The notes under the pieces: generated by a model
The model's database searches: none
What the model was told of the DNA's origin: nothing
What the model saw: only the letters and a program-made list of their open reading frames with translations
In this document: positions 1-9,513 of the stretch, one piece after another
Layout: each line of letters opens with the position of its first letter
How positions within the stretch are numbered: position 1 is the stretch's first letter
Position numbers and translations under genes: made by a program
DNA from: Patescibacteria group bacterium
GTDB lineage: Bacteria > Patescibacteriota > Microgenomatia > UBA1400 > PJMF01
Direction of reading: 5' to 3'
NCBI GenBank assembly: GCA_016861085.1
Contig: BOKR01000001.1
Location: 896,153-960,152 of the forward strand
Length of the DNA: 64,000 nucleotides

Positions 1-780
1 ATCGAGTTTCAACATAACCCTTGAATTATCGATCCAAGAACCAAATTCTGTTCCGTTAAAAATTCCAAGGTAACTCACACTTTGATCTTCTACATCTAGC
101 AAGTAAAACCCTGACTCAGGCTGATTTCTATCAAAAGTAATCTGTTTTTCTGGCTCAGCACCAGGGTAACTTGGAAAAACTGACTCATACATCGTTGGAG
201 CATAGGTATAAAAAATTAATCTATTAGAATCAGGAGACCAACCACTGATGAAACTAGCCGCTAATTGGTCAGATACTTTTATATCAACTTTCCCATCTGC
301 AGTAAGTAAATGAAGTTTTGAGTCTTTATCAATATATGCAAGCTTTTTAAAATCTGGCGCACTACTTGGATCGCTACTTCCATATGCTGAAGATCCTGAC
401 CCATAACTAATATCAGAAATGTCTGTCATAATATCTTCGCCATTTTCTTCAAGAGACACCAAAACTAACTGTGAATCATCAACAACAGCATATCTTTGTT
501 CTTGTTGCTCTAAAGTAACTTTCTGAAATTCCGAGAGATCAAGTAAATTCTGTGATAAGTTAGTTGCGTTTGCACCAGAATCTAAGGTTGATACCTTGGC
601 GACAGGTTTTTCAATTTTCTGGCTAATATTTTGTGAAAACAAAGGAAAGTAATTTCTAAGAGCATAAAGTGCAAGTAAAATCGCGATTAACCCCAACGCC
701 TGTAATATATGTAAGACTGGAAGCTTTCTACTCACTTCATTATTTTGAATATTTGATTCATCTGTTTGCATAGGTTTCAT
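1..780 (-). CDS. Partial CDS (N-terminal ~260 aa, continues beyond window): hypothetical exported/anchored protein, possibly beta-propeller (TolB/PD40-like)
   Basis: Open frame on the minus strand from ATG at 778-780 to the window edge. It has an N-terminal hydrophobic segment, and Ser/Gly/Asp-rich stretches of the GWSPD type resemble PD40 repeats. This ORF is not in the supplied track because it is truncated. Confidence 0.4.
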   Translation of the reverse strand, partial: MKPMQTDESNIQNNEVSRKLPVLHILQALGLIAILLALYALRNYFPLFSQNISQKIEKPVAKVSTLDSGANATNLSQNLLDLSEFQKVTLEQQEQRYAVVDDSQLVLVSLEENGEDIMTDISDISYGSGSSAYGSSDPSSAPDFKKLAYIDKDSKLHLLTADGKVDIKVSDQLAASFISGWSPDSNRLIFYTYAPTMYESVFPSYPGAEPEKQITFDRNQPESGFYLLDVEDQSVSYLGIFNGTEFGSWIDNSRVMLKLD

Positions 781-799
781 TATAGCATCTTGGCTAAAA

Positions 800-2206
800 T
801 TAATTCACTTTTTTGTAAATTCTTTGATCACCCTGTTTGTATAGTACTGTGTAATTTGGATCAATCTCCAATGTTTTGATTAAAGCTTCATAATTCTTTA
901 TCCCTAAAAAATTGTTAGGTTCTTGACCTTTACGTGCATCAATAACAATATAATCGGGATTAAAATCTGAGTAATTCTCTCGCAAAAAATACACTTTTCT
1001 ATATGCTAATTTTGCTGCAATATTTGTTTGAGCCATCACCACTCCATCTTCTGGTATATGCTGAATCAATCTATCGAGAAATTCATGATTTTTTGTATTT
1101 TGGTAAAATGCCTTATTTGTAAATAAAAGTGCGGGAGATTTCAAAATTTGTGTACTAAAAATTAGGCTGAAAATGGCTAAAAAAAGTAATGCATATTTAA
1201 AATATTCATTAGGAATTCTTTTTACTTTTGTCAAAATTATTTTTTTAAGTCTTCTGTACCCATATGCTGTTCCTAAAATTAAAGTTGGGGCAATTTCTGC
1301 ATTATAATGCATGCCTAAATCAAAGTTCCCAAATCGTAAAATCCGCAGTAACCAATTAAATAAAACTGGACCTACAGTTTCTGGAGATAAAAGCGGTAGA
1401 AATCCAAAACTCAGCAATGTCTTAACAATTGACTTAAGTGTTAATTGATCAAAGAATGATAGACTCGCATTTTTTGCGCTCGTGTCTGACAAGTAGTAGT
1501 ATCCCTCCCCATTAATTGCGGGTATCACCATAAAAATAATTAATAAACTATACAAAATAGAACCAAAAACAGTGGCTAGTCCAATCTTTCTCCATAACCC
1601 TTTGTTTTTCACTGCAATTAGCAATCCAAACCAAACTGGGATGAAAAAAACTGTTTCTTTTGTAAGAAGAATTCCTGCTAGTCCTAAAACATACCACCTA
1701 AAATGTTTTTTAACCATCCCATACAAAAATATAGTCAACGGCAATGGTAACAATACAATTTCGTGGAACTCTGTGATCAAAGCATTATGTAAACCGATAA
1801 AAGAAAAGTAGATAACTAAAATACAAAAAGCTTCAAACTTATTCTTCAAAATTTCTTTGGCAATTAAATACACAAAAATACCACTTAAAGTTACAAACAA
1901 AGTTTGAAATAGTAATAACACTTCTCCCCCTTTAAACAAAGCCATAAAGGGACTAATTAAAAAAATAATAGGATGAAAATGATCTCCCAAAATATTTTTA
2001 TCTGTAAAAACATAGTGATCAATAATTGGTGGCTGTAGCTGAGAAACTGCAGAGATAGCCTGATAAAAAATACCAAAATCATAGTACCATACGGCATATT
2101 GCCAGTAACGATGTAATGAAACCGTAACAAAGACTAAAAAAAACGCACTTAATAGTGCCAAAAGTGTTATTTTTTCGCTAACTTGCTTTTGCATAATAAT
2201 ACCCAT
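800..2206 (-). CDS. Polytopic membrane protein, DUF2079-like (putative membrane glycosyltransferase)
   Basis: 468 aa with roughly 12 predicted TM helices and a conserved GDHFHP-type motif. The architecture is typical of the DUF2079 / GT-C-like family. Confidence 0.5.
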   Translation of the reverse strand: MGIIMQKQVSEKITLLALLSAFFLVFVTVSLHRYWQYAVWYYDFGIFYQAISAVSQLQPPIIDHYVFTDKNILGDHFHPIIFLISPFMALFKGGEVLLLFQTLFVTLSGIFVYLIAKEILKNKFEAFCILVIYFSFIGLHNALITEFHEIVLLPLPLTIFLYGMVKKHFRWYVLGLAGILLTKETVFFIPVWFGLLIAVKNKGLWRKIGLATVFGSILYSLLIIFMVIPAINGEGYYYLSDTSAKNASLSFFDQLTLKSIVKTLLSFGFLPLLSPETVGPVLFNWLLRILRFGNFDLGMHYNAEIAPTLILGTAYGYRRLKKIILTKVKRIPNEYFKYALLFLAIFSLIFSTQILKSPALLFTNKAFYQNTKNHEFLDRLIQHIPEDGVVMAQTNIAAKLAYRKVYFLRENYSDFNPDYIVIDARKGQEPNNFLGIKNYEALIKTLEIDPNYTVLYKQGDQRIYKKVN

Positions 2207-5200
2207 TTATCATACAATGAGTATATAGTGTCCAGACCAAAAGTAGCTAGCCAGAAATTTCGTATTGTCTCTATTTTATTGTTGATGATTTTTTTGTACT
2301 TAGCCAAACCAGCCCACGCGGTTATCGGTGTCACTCATACTATCTCGACCCCAGCTAATTTCAACTTTCGTATTGACGGAGCTTCAGCTGATCATCAACT
2401 GGGCTATAACGGTGTAAGTGTAAAACAAAAGACCTATCACGATATCAATAACGATGGAAAACTAGATCTAGTCATTGGTGCCACACTTACTGACTATAAT
2501 AGCAAAGCTAATTCCGGTTCTGTTTATATAATTAGTGGGGACATCCTAGATAATTATGCTGGAACTGGAAACACTATCGACTTAGCTGATAGCAGTAACT
2601 ATTCCCTTCGTATCGATGGTCGTGTGGCTGGCGGTACACTTCCAGCTAGTAGTGGTATTATTTTTGCTGACATTAACAATGATGGTCAAGACGATATGAT
2701 TATGAGTGAATCTTTTGCTGATGGCACTCGAGGGAATGTATATATTCTCTATAGTAATCTATACTCTAGTTTCTTGAACTCAACCGGCAACACAATGGAT
2801 TTGGGAATCGATACTAACTATAACCTCTTACTCCAGGGAGCAAGTACAGGTGACTCATTTGGAAATCTCTCGCTGAGTGCAGTTGACCTTGATAATGACA
2901 GCAAGAAAGATATTCTTCTTGAAGCCCATCACGATGATAACAATAGCAGAGGTGAATCTGGATCTGTATTCATCTTTTTTAATTCATTACTTGATGACTT
3001 TTCAGGTACAGGTAACTTACTTAATGTTGGTACTTTGAGCAATTTCAGTGTTCGTATAGACGGAGCTGCAGCCGGTGACACATTTGGTGGAGGTAGTACA
3101 ACTGCAGGCGACTATGATGCTGACGGTGACATTGACCTTATTATAGGATCAGACCTAACTGATTATAATGGTTCTGATACAGGATCTATCTGGATTATTG
3201 ATAATTCAAAAATTTCTTCTTTGGCTGGAACGACTGGGAATCTCATAGATATGGCAACTTCGACTAACTGGGTTGTCAGAATGGATGGCGTTAATGTAGG
3301 TGACAGAATCACCTACGCTAATAGTTTGATTTTTGAGGATATTAACCATGATGGGCTAAAAGATATTGTTGTTGGTGGCTATAATGCAGATAATAATTCA
3401 CGATCAAACTCAGGAAGTCTGTATCTTATTGATAACTCATTTTTTTCGTCACAAACTGGAAGTGGAAATGTCTTGGATATTGACGGAAACTTTATTGCCA
3501 GAATTGATGGGGCTTTAGCTAGCGATAACTTTACCTTCGCAGCACTTGCAGTTGAAGATGTCAATGGAAATGGAAGAAAAGATATTCTTGCCGCATCTAG
3601 ATTATCAAACACTAATGGTACTGACTCAGGAGCTGTTTATGTATTTTTTGACTCATTAATTGATACCTGGTCAAATGGTTCATTGGTTGACCTTGCTACA
3701 ACTACTAATTTTTCTATTCGATATGACGGCAATACCGGTGACAACCTATTTTTTCAAAATGGATATATGGCTGACTTTAATAACGACTCTCAACTAGATT
3801 TCATTTTTAATGCAAGAACAGCCGATTATAATAGCCGGACCAATTCAGGTTCGTACTACTTCTTCTATAATTTCCCACACACAATCGGTACTCCCACTGC
3901 TGTAAACTCAGAAAACACCACTATTACAATTAATGGAGATGTAACTGCACCAAATTCAGTGACGACTATCGCACAAGTTCAGTACTCTGTAGATTCTAAT
4001 GATCCAAATAGTGGTAACTGGCACGATTGTATTGCAAAGGATGGCGCTATGGACAGTCTGAGTGAGGCCTTTGCCTGTACTCTTGATACAGAAAATACAG
4101 GTAATCACACCATTTACATTCGCGCTATTGATGTAGACGGGTTCATGACTGCTCAATCACATTACAAGACTGTTCAGTATAACTTCCAACCAGCAACAAC
4201 AACATGCCAAGATAGTATTTCTTCAGCTGCCCCTGATTTGTTTCAGATTAATACTGATGTAACTTCTGCAACTGTATACTTTACTCCTATTGGCGGCGTT
4301 ACTGATTATTTCATTAGCTTTTCGACCAATCAGAATGCTGAAGAACATGGTGCGGCTGTGACACTTTCTGATTCTGGAGTCCAAAGTTACACTGTTGACC
4401 TTTTGTCACCCAATACCACATATTATTTTAAAGTTCGTGGACAAAGTGGTTGTATGCCTGGAAGCTGGAGTAATATCAAAGAGGCAAAAACACAATCAAC
4501 TCAATCCCTTCCTACAATTTCAAGAATAATCCCAACCGTTACACCTACCCCAATCCCTTCGGTATCGCCAACGCCATCACCTTCTGCAAGCCCTGGTGTT
4601 GAAGCATCACCTGAACCGACTGAAACTTCAAATACCCCAATACTCAGCACTCTCCCAAAACTTGTTGACTCAATAAGGGAAACTATAAACAGTGAAAACT
4701 TACCTGGTACAATCCTGGGTACGATCGTTACAATGGCTGAGGGATTGAAACAATTGATTGCACTCTTAGGTGGTGGTGTTGCAGTTTTTGCTACTACTTC
4801 AGTACTAACAATAGTAACAGTTACCACTCAAGTCATTAGGCTTGGCAGAAAACACATTCGTGACGTTTTTGATAATGTGTTACATGCACTTGGTTTCATC
4901 CAACATAATCATCCGCAAGGAATGGTCTATGATGCTCTAACAAATGATCCCATACCATTTGCTGTAATTACAATTACATCAACTCAAAATGTTGCAAATC
5001 AACGAATCCAAGAAACAGTTGTTACTGATGTCAATGGGGTATACCAAGATGTTCATTTATTAGTCGGTAGCTTCGCTATGAACGTTGGCCATCAGGATTT
5101 TAACTTTCCAACGAAAAAACAAAGACCTCAATTCTTAACGCAAAAACAATTTTATAAAGGTGAACAGTTTGACGTAACTTCTGAGTCATCCTCACAATTA

Positions 5201-5716
5201 TTTATGGTACCTATGGATAAAGTTATACCTGCAAGCACCATGAAGAAGTTAGGAAAATCAGTAAAACGATCAATCGATCAGATCAATATTATTAATTTAT
5301 TTTGGCCTCTTTTTATTTTCTCAGTAGTTTCAACAGCACTGTATCCAACCACTCTCAATGCAGCTATTCTTGGTATTCAGGCAGTCGTAGTGTTAAAAAA
5401 ATCGAATACATTTTTGAAGAAGCCAACAATATCAGGTCGCATAATAAATACAAAAAATAGACCCATTCAAAACGCGATTATTCGTGTTACTGATCCACAA
5501 AAAAGTGAACTAATAGCTCTGACTGTTTCAAACAAAAATGGATTTTACAAAGTATTCGCTAAACCAGGAATATATCAATTCGAAGTTATTAAACAAGGTT
5601 ACTTCTGGAAAAAAACCACAGGACAAATGAGTTTAGAACTGATTGATGTTACCAAAGAATCTAAGACTCAAAACGTCACTCTTTCTGACATCTCTAAAAT
5701 CGGGCCTCTTGTATAG
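2183..5716 (+). CDS. Large surface protein: 7x FG-GAP (integrin-alpha-like beta-propeller) + FN3/Ig-like region + Pro/Thr/Ser linker + TM segments + C-terminal CarboxypepD_reg/Cna-B-like domain
   Basis: There are seven D-x-N/D-x-D-G-x-x-D calcium-loop repeats (DINNDGKLDLVIGA, DINNDGQDDMIM, DLDNDSKKDILL, DYDADGDIDLIIG, DINHDGLKDIVVG, DVNGNGRKDILAA, DFNNDSQLDFIF). A PTPIPSVSPTPSPSASP linker, hydrophobic TM stretches and a C-terminal ISGRIINTKNRPIQNAIIRV...NGFYKV block follow. The track start (2183) is a TTG. A better start is GTG 2228, which gives the signal peptide (M)SRPKVASQKFRIVSILLLMIFLYLAKPAHA. Confidence 0.8.
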   Translation: MLLHNNTHLSYNEYIVSRPKVASQKFRIVSILLLMIFLYLAKPAHAVIGVTHTISTPANFNFRIDGASADHQLGYNGVSVKQKTYHDINNDGKLDLVIGATLTDYNSKANSGSVYIISGDILDNYAGTGNTIDLADSSNYSLRIDGRVAGGTLPASSGIIFADINNDGQDDMIMSESFADGTRGNVYILYSNLYSSFLNSTGNTMDLGIDTNYNLLLQGASTGDSFGNLSLSAVDLDNDSKKDILLEAHHDDNNSRGESGSVFIFFNSLLDDFSGTGNLLNVGTLSNFSVRIDGAAAGDTFGGGSTTAGDYDADGDIDLIIGSDLTDYNGSDTGSIWIIDNSKISSLAGTTGNLIDMATSTNWVVRMDGVNVGDRITYANSLIFEDINHDGLKDIVVGGYNADNNSRSNSGSLYLIDNSFFSSQTGSGNVLDIDGNFIARIDGALASDNFTFAALAVEDVNGNGRKDILAASRLSNTNGTDSGAVYVFFDSLIDTWSNGSLVDLATTTNFSIRYDGNTGDNLFFQNGYMADFNNDSQLDFIFNARTADYNSRTNSGSYYFFYNFPHTIGTPTAVNSENTTITINGDVTAPNSVTTIAQVQYSVDSNDPNSGNWHDCIAKDGAMDSLSEAFACTLDTENTGNHTIYIRAIDVDGFMTAQSHYKTVQYNFQPATTTCQDSISSAAPDLFQINTDVTSATVYFTPIGGVTDYFISFSTNQNAEEHGAAVTLSDSGVQSYTVDLLSPNTTYYFKVRGQSGCMPGSWSNIKEAKTQSTQSLPTISRIIPTVTPTPIPSVSPTPSPSASPGVEASPEPTETSNTPILSTLPKLVDSIRETINSENLPGTILGTIVTMAEGLKQLIALLGGGVAVFATTSVLTIVTVTTQVIRLGRKHIRDVFDNVLHALGFIQHNHPQGMVYDALTNDPIPFAVITITSTQNVANQRIQETVVTDVNGVYQDVHLLVGSFAMNVGHQDFNFPTKKQRPQFLTQKQFYKGEQFDVTSESSSQLFMVPMDKVIPASTMKKLGKSVKRSIDQINIINLFWPLFIFSVVSTALYPTTLNAAILGIQAVVVLKKSNTFLKKPTISGRIINTKNRPIQNAIIRVTDPQKSELIALTVSNKNGFYKVFAKPGIYQFEVIKQGYFWKKTTGQMSLELIDVTKESKTQNVTLSDISKIGPLV

Positions 5717-5731
5717 CTACTGTGTTATAAC

Positions 5732-5764
5732 AAAAAATCGCGCCTGTTTTTTTTACAGGCGCGA
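5732..5764. terminator. Rho-independent terminator (bidirectional hairpin between convergent genes)
   Basis: A perfect 9-bp stem tcgcgcctg/caggcgcga with a T8 loop. It is flanked by an A6 run on the + strand, which becomes a U-run after the stem on the minus-strand transcript of the 5794-6765 gene. Confidence 0.6.
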
Positions 5765-5793
5765 AGTAATTCCTATTTAAAAAATGAAAAATA

Positions 5794-6765
5794 TTATTTT
5801 CTAAATTTATTCACTATTTTGCTGACAATCCAAACCACTGGGGCCCAAACAACTGAGTAAACAGCTACCCAAATACCAAATACCCCAAGAACTTTAAGAA
5901 AAGATTTGAGTGATTCCCATGCTCGTTGCAATTCATACTCAAAATCACCTGTTGTACCAGGATTAAAGTATTTCTCATTACTTGCTGCGGTAACACTTAA
6001 CGAAGCATACTTAGTTCTAGTTGTAACAGACTCTTGGGCTTTTTGAGCTGCCTCAATTTGTCGCGTTAAACGATCAATTTCTATTTGAATTTTTGCCTTA
6101 GCGGCTTCTGTTTTGGCATCCTTAAGTTGTGCCTCTTTTAAGGTCTTTTGTTCTTGTAAATAGGTTACCGTTTCTTCAGTATTTACAACTTGCCCAGTAA
6201 TATCTGAAGCATTTAAAGACTCGTCAATCACTTTTTTGACGTCTTCTGTTACTCTTGTAGTTGCTTCATCAAATTTCTCGACTGGAACTTTTACGTATAA
6301 GGAAGCACTTTCATACTTTGAACTCGAGTTCACAGAAGAACTCAAAATCACTCCATTAATACTAGAAAAATATTCTTTCAAGCCACGCATGTATTTTGTA
6401 ACGTCACTAACAACTACTGAGTGATACGATGACTTCTCGTATGAGCGCTCTTCCATGTAGAGCACATCGTCACCGTAATAATACGGTGGCATAATCTCGA
6501 CCGGTTGCACCATCATTCCTGAGTCAATACCAACTGAATCTACTGCAAGCTTAGTCTCCATCACCGGAGTGGCGGTAACACCACCATACATCATTGGTTC
6601 AGGTACTGCATACCCTCCACCAACACCATCCATCATGTAATCTCTACCCATCATTTGGCTAAGCAGGTTGTATCCCATGTTGCTTCTGCCAACAAAGAAA
6701 ACGGTTGTGAGAAGGGCAAGACTAACTACTACCAAAAGGAAGTGTTTTTTTTGCATATGCTTCAT
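5794..6765 (-). CDS. DUF4349-like membrane-anchored coiled-coil protein
   Basis: N-terminal TM, a Met-rich segment, a central coiled coil (KEAQLKDAKTEAAKAKIQIEIDRLTRQIEAAQKAQ) and two C-terminal TM helices. This is the typical DUF4349 architecture. Confidence 0.45.
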   Translation of the reverse strand: MKHMQKKHFLLVVVSLALLTTVFFVGRSNMGYNLLSQMMGRDYMMDGVGGGYAVPEPMMYGGVTATPVMETKLAVDSVGIDSGMMVQPVEIMPPYYYGDDVLYMEERSYEKSSYHSVVVSDVTKYMRGLKEYFSSINGVILSSSVNSSSKYESASLYVKVPVEKFDEATTRVTEDVKKVIDESLNASDITGQVVNTEETVTYLQEQKTLKEAQLKDAKTEAAKAKIQIEIDRLTRQIEAAQKAQESVTTRTKYASLSVTAASNEKYFNPGTTGDFEYELQRAWESLKSFLKVLGVFGIWVAVYSVVWAPVVWIVSKIVNKFRK

Positions 6766-7157
6766 TATAGCAGATCAGAATCTAGGGTGTGTTTCACGCA
6801 ATCAAACACAAGATCCTCAAGGCTTTCATGAATCCTATGATCCTGTCTAATTTGTTCTCGAACTTCATTAAGTTCAACATAATTTGGGGCTGCAACTTGC
6901 GACTCCAATTCTTTTAGAGCTGCAAGCAATCCAGCCAATCGCTCATGAGCAAAATCAACAGAACCAATAATTGAAGCTATTTCTTCGGTCACATTGTGTT
7001 CAATTTCTTTTATAAGTCGTTGCAGTCGTACTGCCCCAGGAAACAAACGTTTTAATAACGCCTTATGCTCCTCTCTCATATGCTCAACTTTTGGCAACTC
7101 CAGAACGGGAAATCTAATCTGTGTATCCAACTGTGTAAAGACAGGTGCTTCTGTCAT
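6765..7157 (-). CDS. Hypothetical protein, possible hemerythrin-like HHE cation-binding domain
   Basis: 130 aa with spaced H/E motifs (HMREEHKALLKRL, FAHERL, IRQDHRIHESLED) compatible with a hemerythrin-like four-helix bundle. The similarity is weak. Confidence 0.3.
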   Translation of the reverse strand: MTEAPVFTQLDTQIRFPVLELPKVEHMREEHKALLKRLFPGAVRLQRLIKEIEHNVTEEIASIIGSVDFAHERLAGLLAALKELESQVAAPNYVELNEVREQIRQDHRIHESLEDLVFDCVKHTLDSDLL

Positions 7158-7237
7158 ATCGTCACCTCCTTTTAGTTATTTCAGTAAGAATAACAAAAAG
7201 AAGTATCATTTGTCAAACGTAAAAAAAAGGAAAGCTA

Positions 7238-9430
7238 CTACTCCCCATGAGAAGTTTCTCTATTTCTGAAATACTCCATAATCTTAGCAGTATGGACATC
7301 ACGAGGCTTAGCTCCCTGTGCTTCACCAACCAAACCTGCATCTTCAAGTTGATCTAAGATTCTGGCCGCTCGATTGTAACCAACTGAGAATCTTCTTTGA
7401 ATACTTGATGAAGAACCTTTACCCATTTGTGCCACATATTTCACCACTTCATCAAAGAGCTCATCTTTATCATCTCCGCCGCCAGAGGCACTACCTGATC
7501 CGCCACTAATAGTACTTGATTGATATTTTTCGGTAATATCATCTGAGTACTCTGGTGATTGACCTTGCGATTTGATAAAGTCAATTAAGTTTCTAATTTC
7601 TGGTTCAGATACAAAAGTTCCTTGTACACGGCTTGGTCGTGCTTGATCTGGTGGAATATACAACATATCACCTTTTCCAAGCAATTTTTCAGCACCTGGA
7701 GTGTCTAGCACAACGCGTGAGTCAGTCATACTTGAAACATTAAACGCAATTCTAGTTGGGATGTTGGCCTTAATCAAACCAGTAATCACATCAACAGATG
7801 GTCTCTGAGTAGCCAAGACCAAGTGAATGCCAACAGCACGAGCCATTTGAGCAATCCTAGTCACACTCTCCTCAACCTCACTTGGAGCAAATAACATAAT
7901 ATCTGCTAATTCATCAATCACAATCACTATGTTTGGCATGGCAGCATGACCTGCTAGTTCGTTATACCCTTCAATATTTTTAACTCCAACTTCAGCTAAC
8001 TGCTTGTAACGGTTTTCCATCTCTTTTGTTGCCCATTTAAGAGCAGAAACAACCTTCTTTGGATCAACAATCACTGGAGTTAATAAATGTGGGATGTTGT
8101 TATACGCAGTCAACTCAACACGTTTAGGATCAACAAGAATAAACTTGACCTCATCGGGACTTGATCTAAACAAAATAGAACACATAAAAGTATTGATACA
8201 AACTGATTTACCTGAACCAGTTGAACCCGCAATCAATACATGTGGCATCTTGGCTATATCTGCCACCAACGGCTGACCAGCTACATTAATACCAAGCGCC
8301 ACCGCTAATTTTGATTTCTGTTTTTTCATTAGCGGGCTTGCTAGTAATTTGCGCAAAGTCACAAACTCACTGGTGTGGTTTGGAACTTCGATACCAACCA
8401 AAGAACGACCCGCAATTGGCGCTTCAATTCTGATTTGACCACCAGGAGCAGCCAAAGCTAATGCTAAGTCTGTTGAAAGTGCTGTTATTTTAGATAATTT
8501 TGTACCACGAGTAATTTCAAGTGCATATTGAGTAACCGAAGGGCCAAAATTAACTTCTTTTACTTTGGCTCTAATTCCAAATGATTCGAGTGTATTTTCA
8601 ATAGTTGAAGCATTGTGCTTCACATCACCGCGGTCAGCTTCTCCACCGTCGGAGTTAGACAATAGAGACAAAGGAGGATACTCCCAAATAACTTTTTTGG
8701 AACTTGGTGACAAATTGCCAGATAATGCATCTGGAAGTTCTGTTTCGCTATCGTTTCCTTTACCAACAGGCTCTCCAGACACTGCAGTACCAGTTGCGTG
8801 TTCAGGATGATCTTCTGGAATAGAGGCACCTTTGTTAATACTGAATGTCTTTTCAGCTGTTTTTTTCAATGAAAATCCAAGTTTAGGTAGTTTGAATCCT
8901 CTGGCCTTTTTAATTTCATCTTCTGAGATAAGAGCTTCCTGCTTATCCCCAACTTCTTTCTTTCTTATTTTTAATTTATTGAGTAACTCAACAATTTCAT
9001 GAATTGAAAGCTGCGTGATAATCAGTGCTCCAATACAAAGGAGACTAAAGAAAACAACATACGTCCCAGCCGGACTGATTAGTTGTGAAGTGTTTAAAAA
9101 GGTTTTCAGACCTACTTCACCAGTCTGAAACACTCCCAAAAAACCAAACATGAGCAGTATTGTTCCAAGTAATACATGTGGTTTTGACCAAAGCCATTTG
9201 GTGCGAAACATGACCATACCAGAAGAAATAAACACAAAAGGCAAAAATAAGAGCGATGCACCAAGTTTTGCTGTTAGAAAATTATTAATTGCAGAAAGAA
9301 AAGCTCCCTGCCCTGAAAGTGAAACAATAACTAATAGTCCAAAACTAATCAGGATAACTGCAACAATTGAATGAATCGTTTCAGTTCTAATATTCAGTTT
9401 CAGTGGTCTTAATTTCTTTTTTCTACCCAT
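7238..9430 (-). CDS. ftsK: DNA translocase FtsK/SpoIIIE
   Basis: N-terminal TM helices, Walker A GSTGSGKS, VIVIDELAD (Walker B) and a C-terminal gamma winged-helix domain (QRRFSVGYNRAARILDQLEDAGLVG). Confidence 0.9.
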   Translation of the reverse strand: MGRKKKLRPLKLNIRTETIHSIVAVILISFGLLVIVSLSGQGAFLSAINNFLTAKLGASLLFLPFVFISSGMVMFRTKWLWSKPHVLLGTILLMFGFLGVFQTGEVGLKTFLNTSQLISPAGTYVVFFSLLCIGALIITQLSIHEIVELLNKLKIRKKEVGDKQEALISEDEIKKARGFKLPKLGFSLKKTAEKTFSINKGASIPEDHPEHATGTAVSGEPVGKGNDSETELPDALSGNLSPSSKKVIWEYPPLSLLSNSDGGEADRGDVKHNASTIENTLESFGIRAKVKEVNFGPSVTQYALEITRGTKLSKITALSTDLALALAAPGGQIRIEAPIAGRSLVGIEVPNHTSEFVTLRKLLASPLMKKQKSKLAVALGINVAGQPLVADIAKMPHVLIAGSTGSGKSVCINTFMCSILFRSSPDEVKFILVDPKRVELTAYNNIPHLLTPVIVDPKKVVSALKWATKEMENRYKQLAEVGVKNIEGYNELAGHAAMPNIVIVIDELADIMLFAPSEVEESVTRIAQMARAVGIHLVLATQRPSVDVITGLIKANIPTRIAFNVSSMTDSRVVLDTPGAEKLLGKGDMLYIPPDQARPSRVQGTFVSEPEIRNLIDFIKSQGQSPEYSDDITEKYQSSTISGGSGSASGGGDDKDELFDEVVKYVAQMGKGSSSSIQRRFSVGYNRAARILDQLEDAGLVGEAQGAKPRDVHTAKIMEYFRNRETSHGE

Positions 9431-9513
9431 ACTCCCTTATGGTCTTAGTTCTAATTAAATATTATAGGATATTTTATAATTGCGCAAGAGGCAAATCCTA
9501 TCTACATACAATA

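Noticed and set aside
1572-1811. 79-aa + strand ORF inside the DUF2079 membrane gene
   Set aside because: It lies entirely antisense within a well-supported long CDS and has low-complexity composition, so it is very likely spurious. The same judgement applies to most other 60-120-aa antisense ORFs in the track (e.g. 3379-3612, 4501-4827, 8565-8810, 9557-10162, 14410-14667, 25057-25437, 39799-40179, 48172-48612, 57434-57857).
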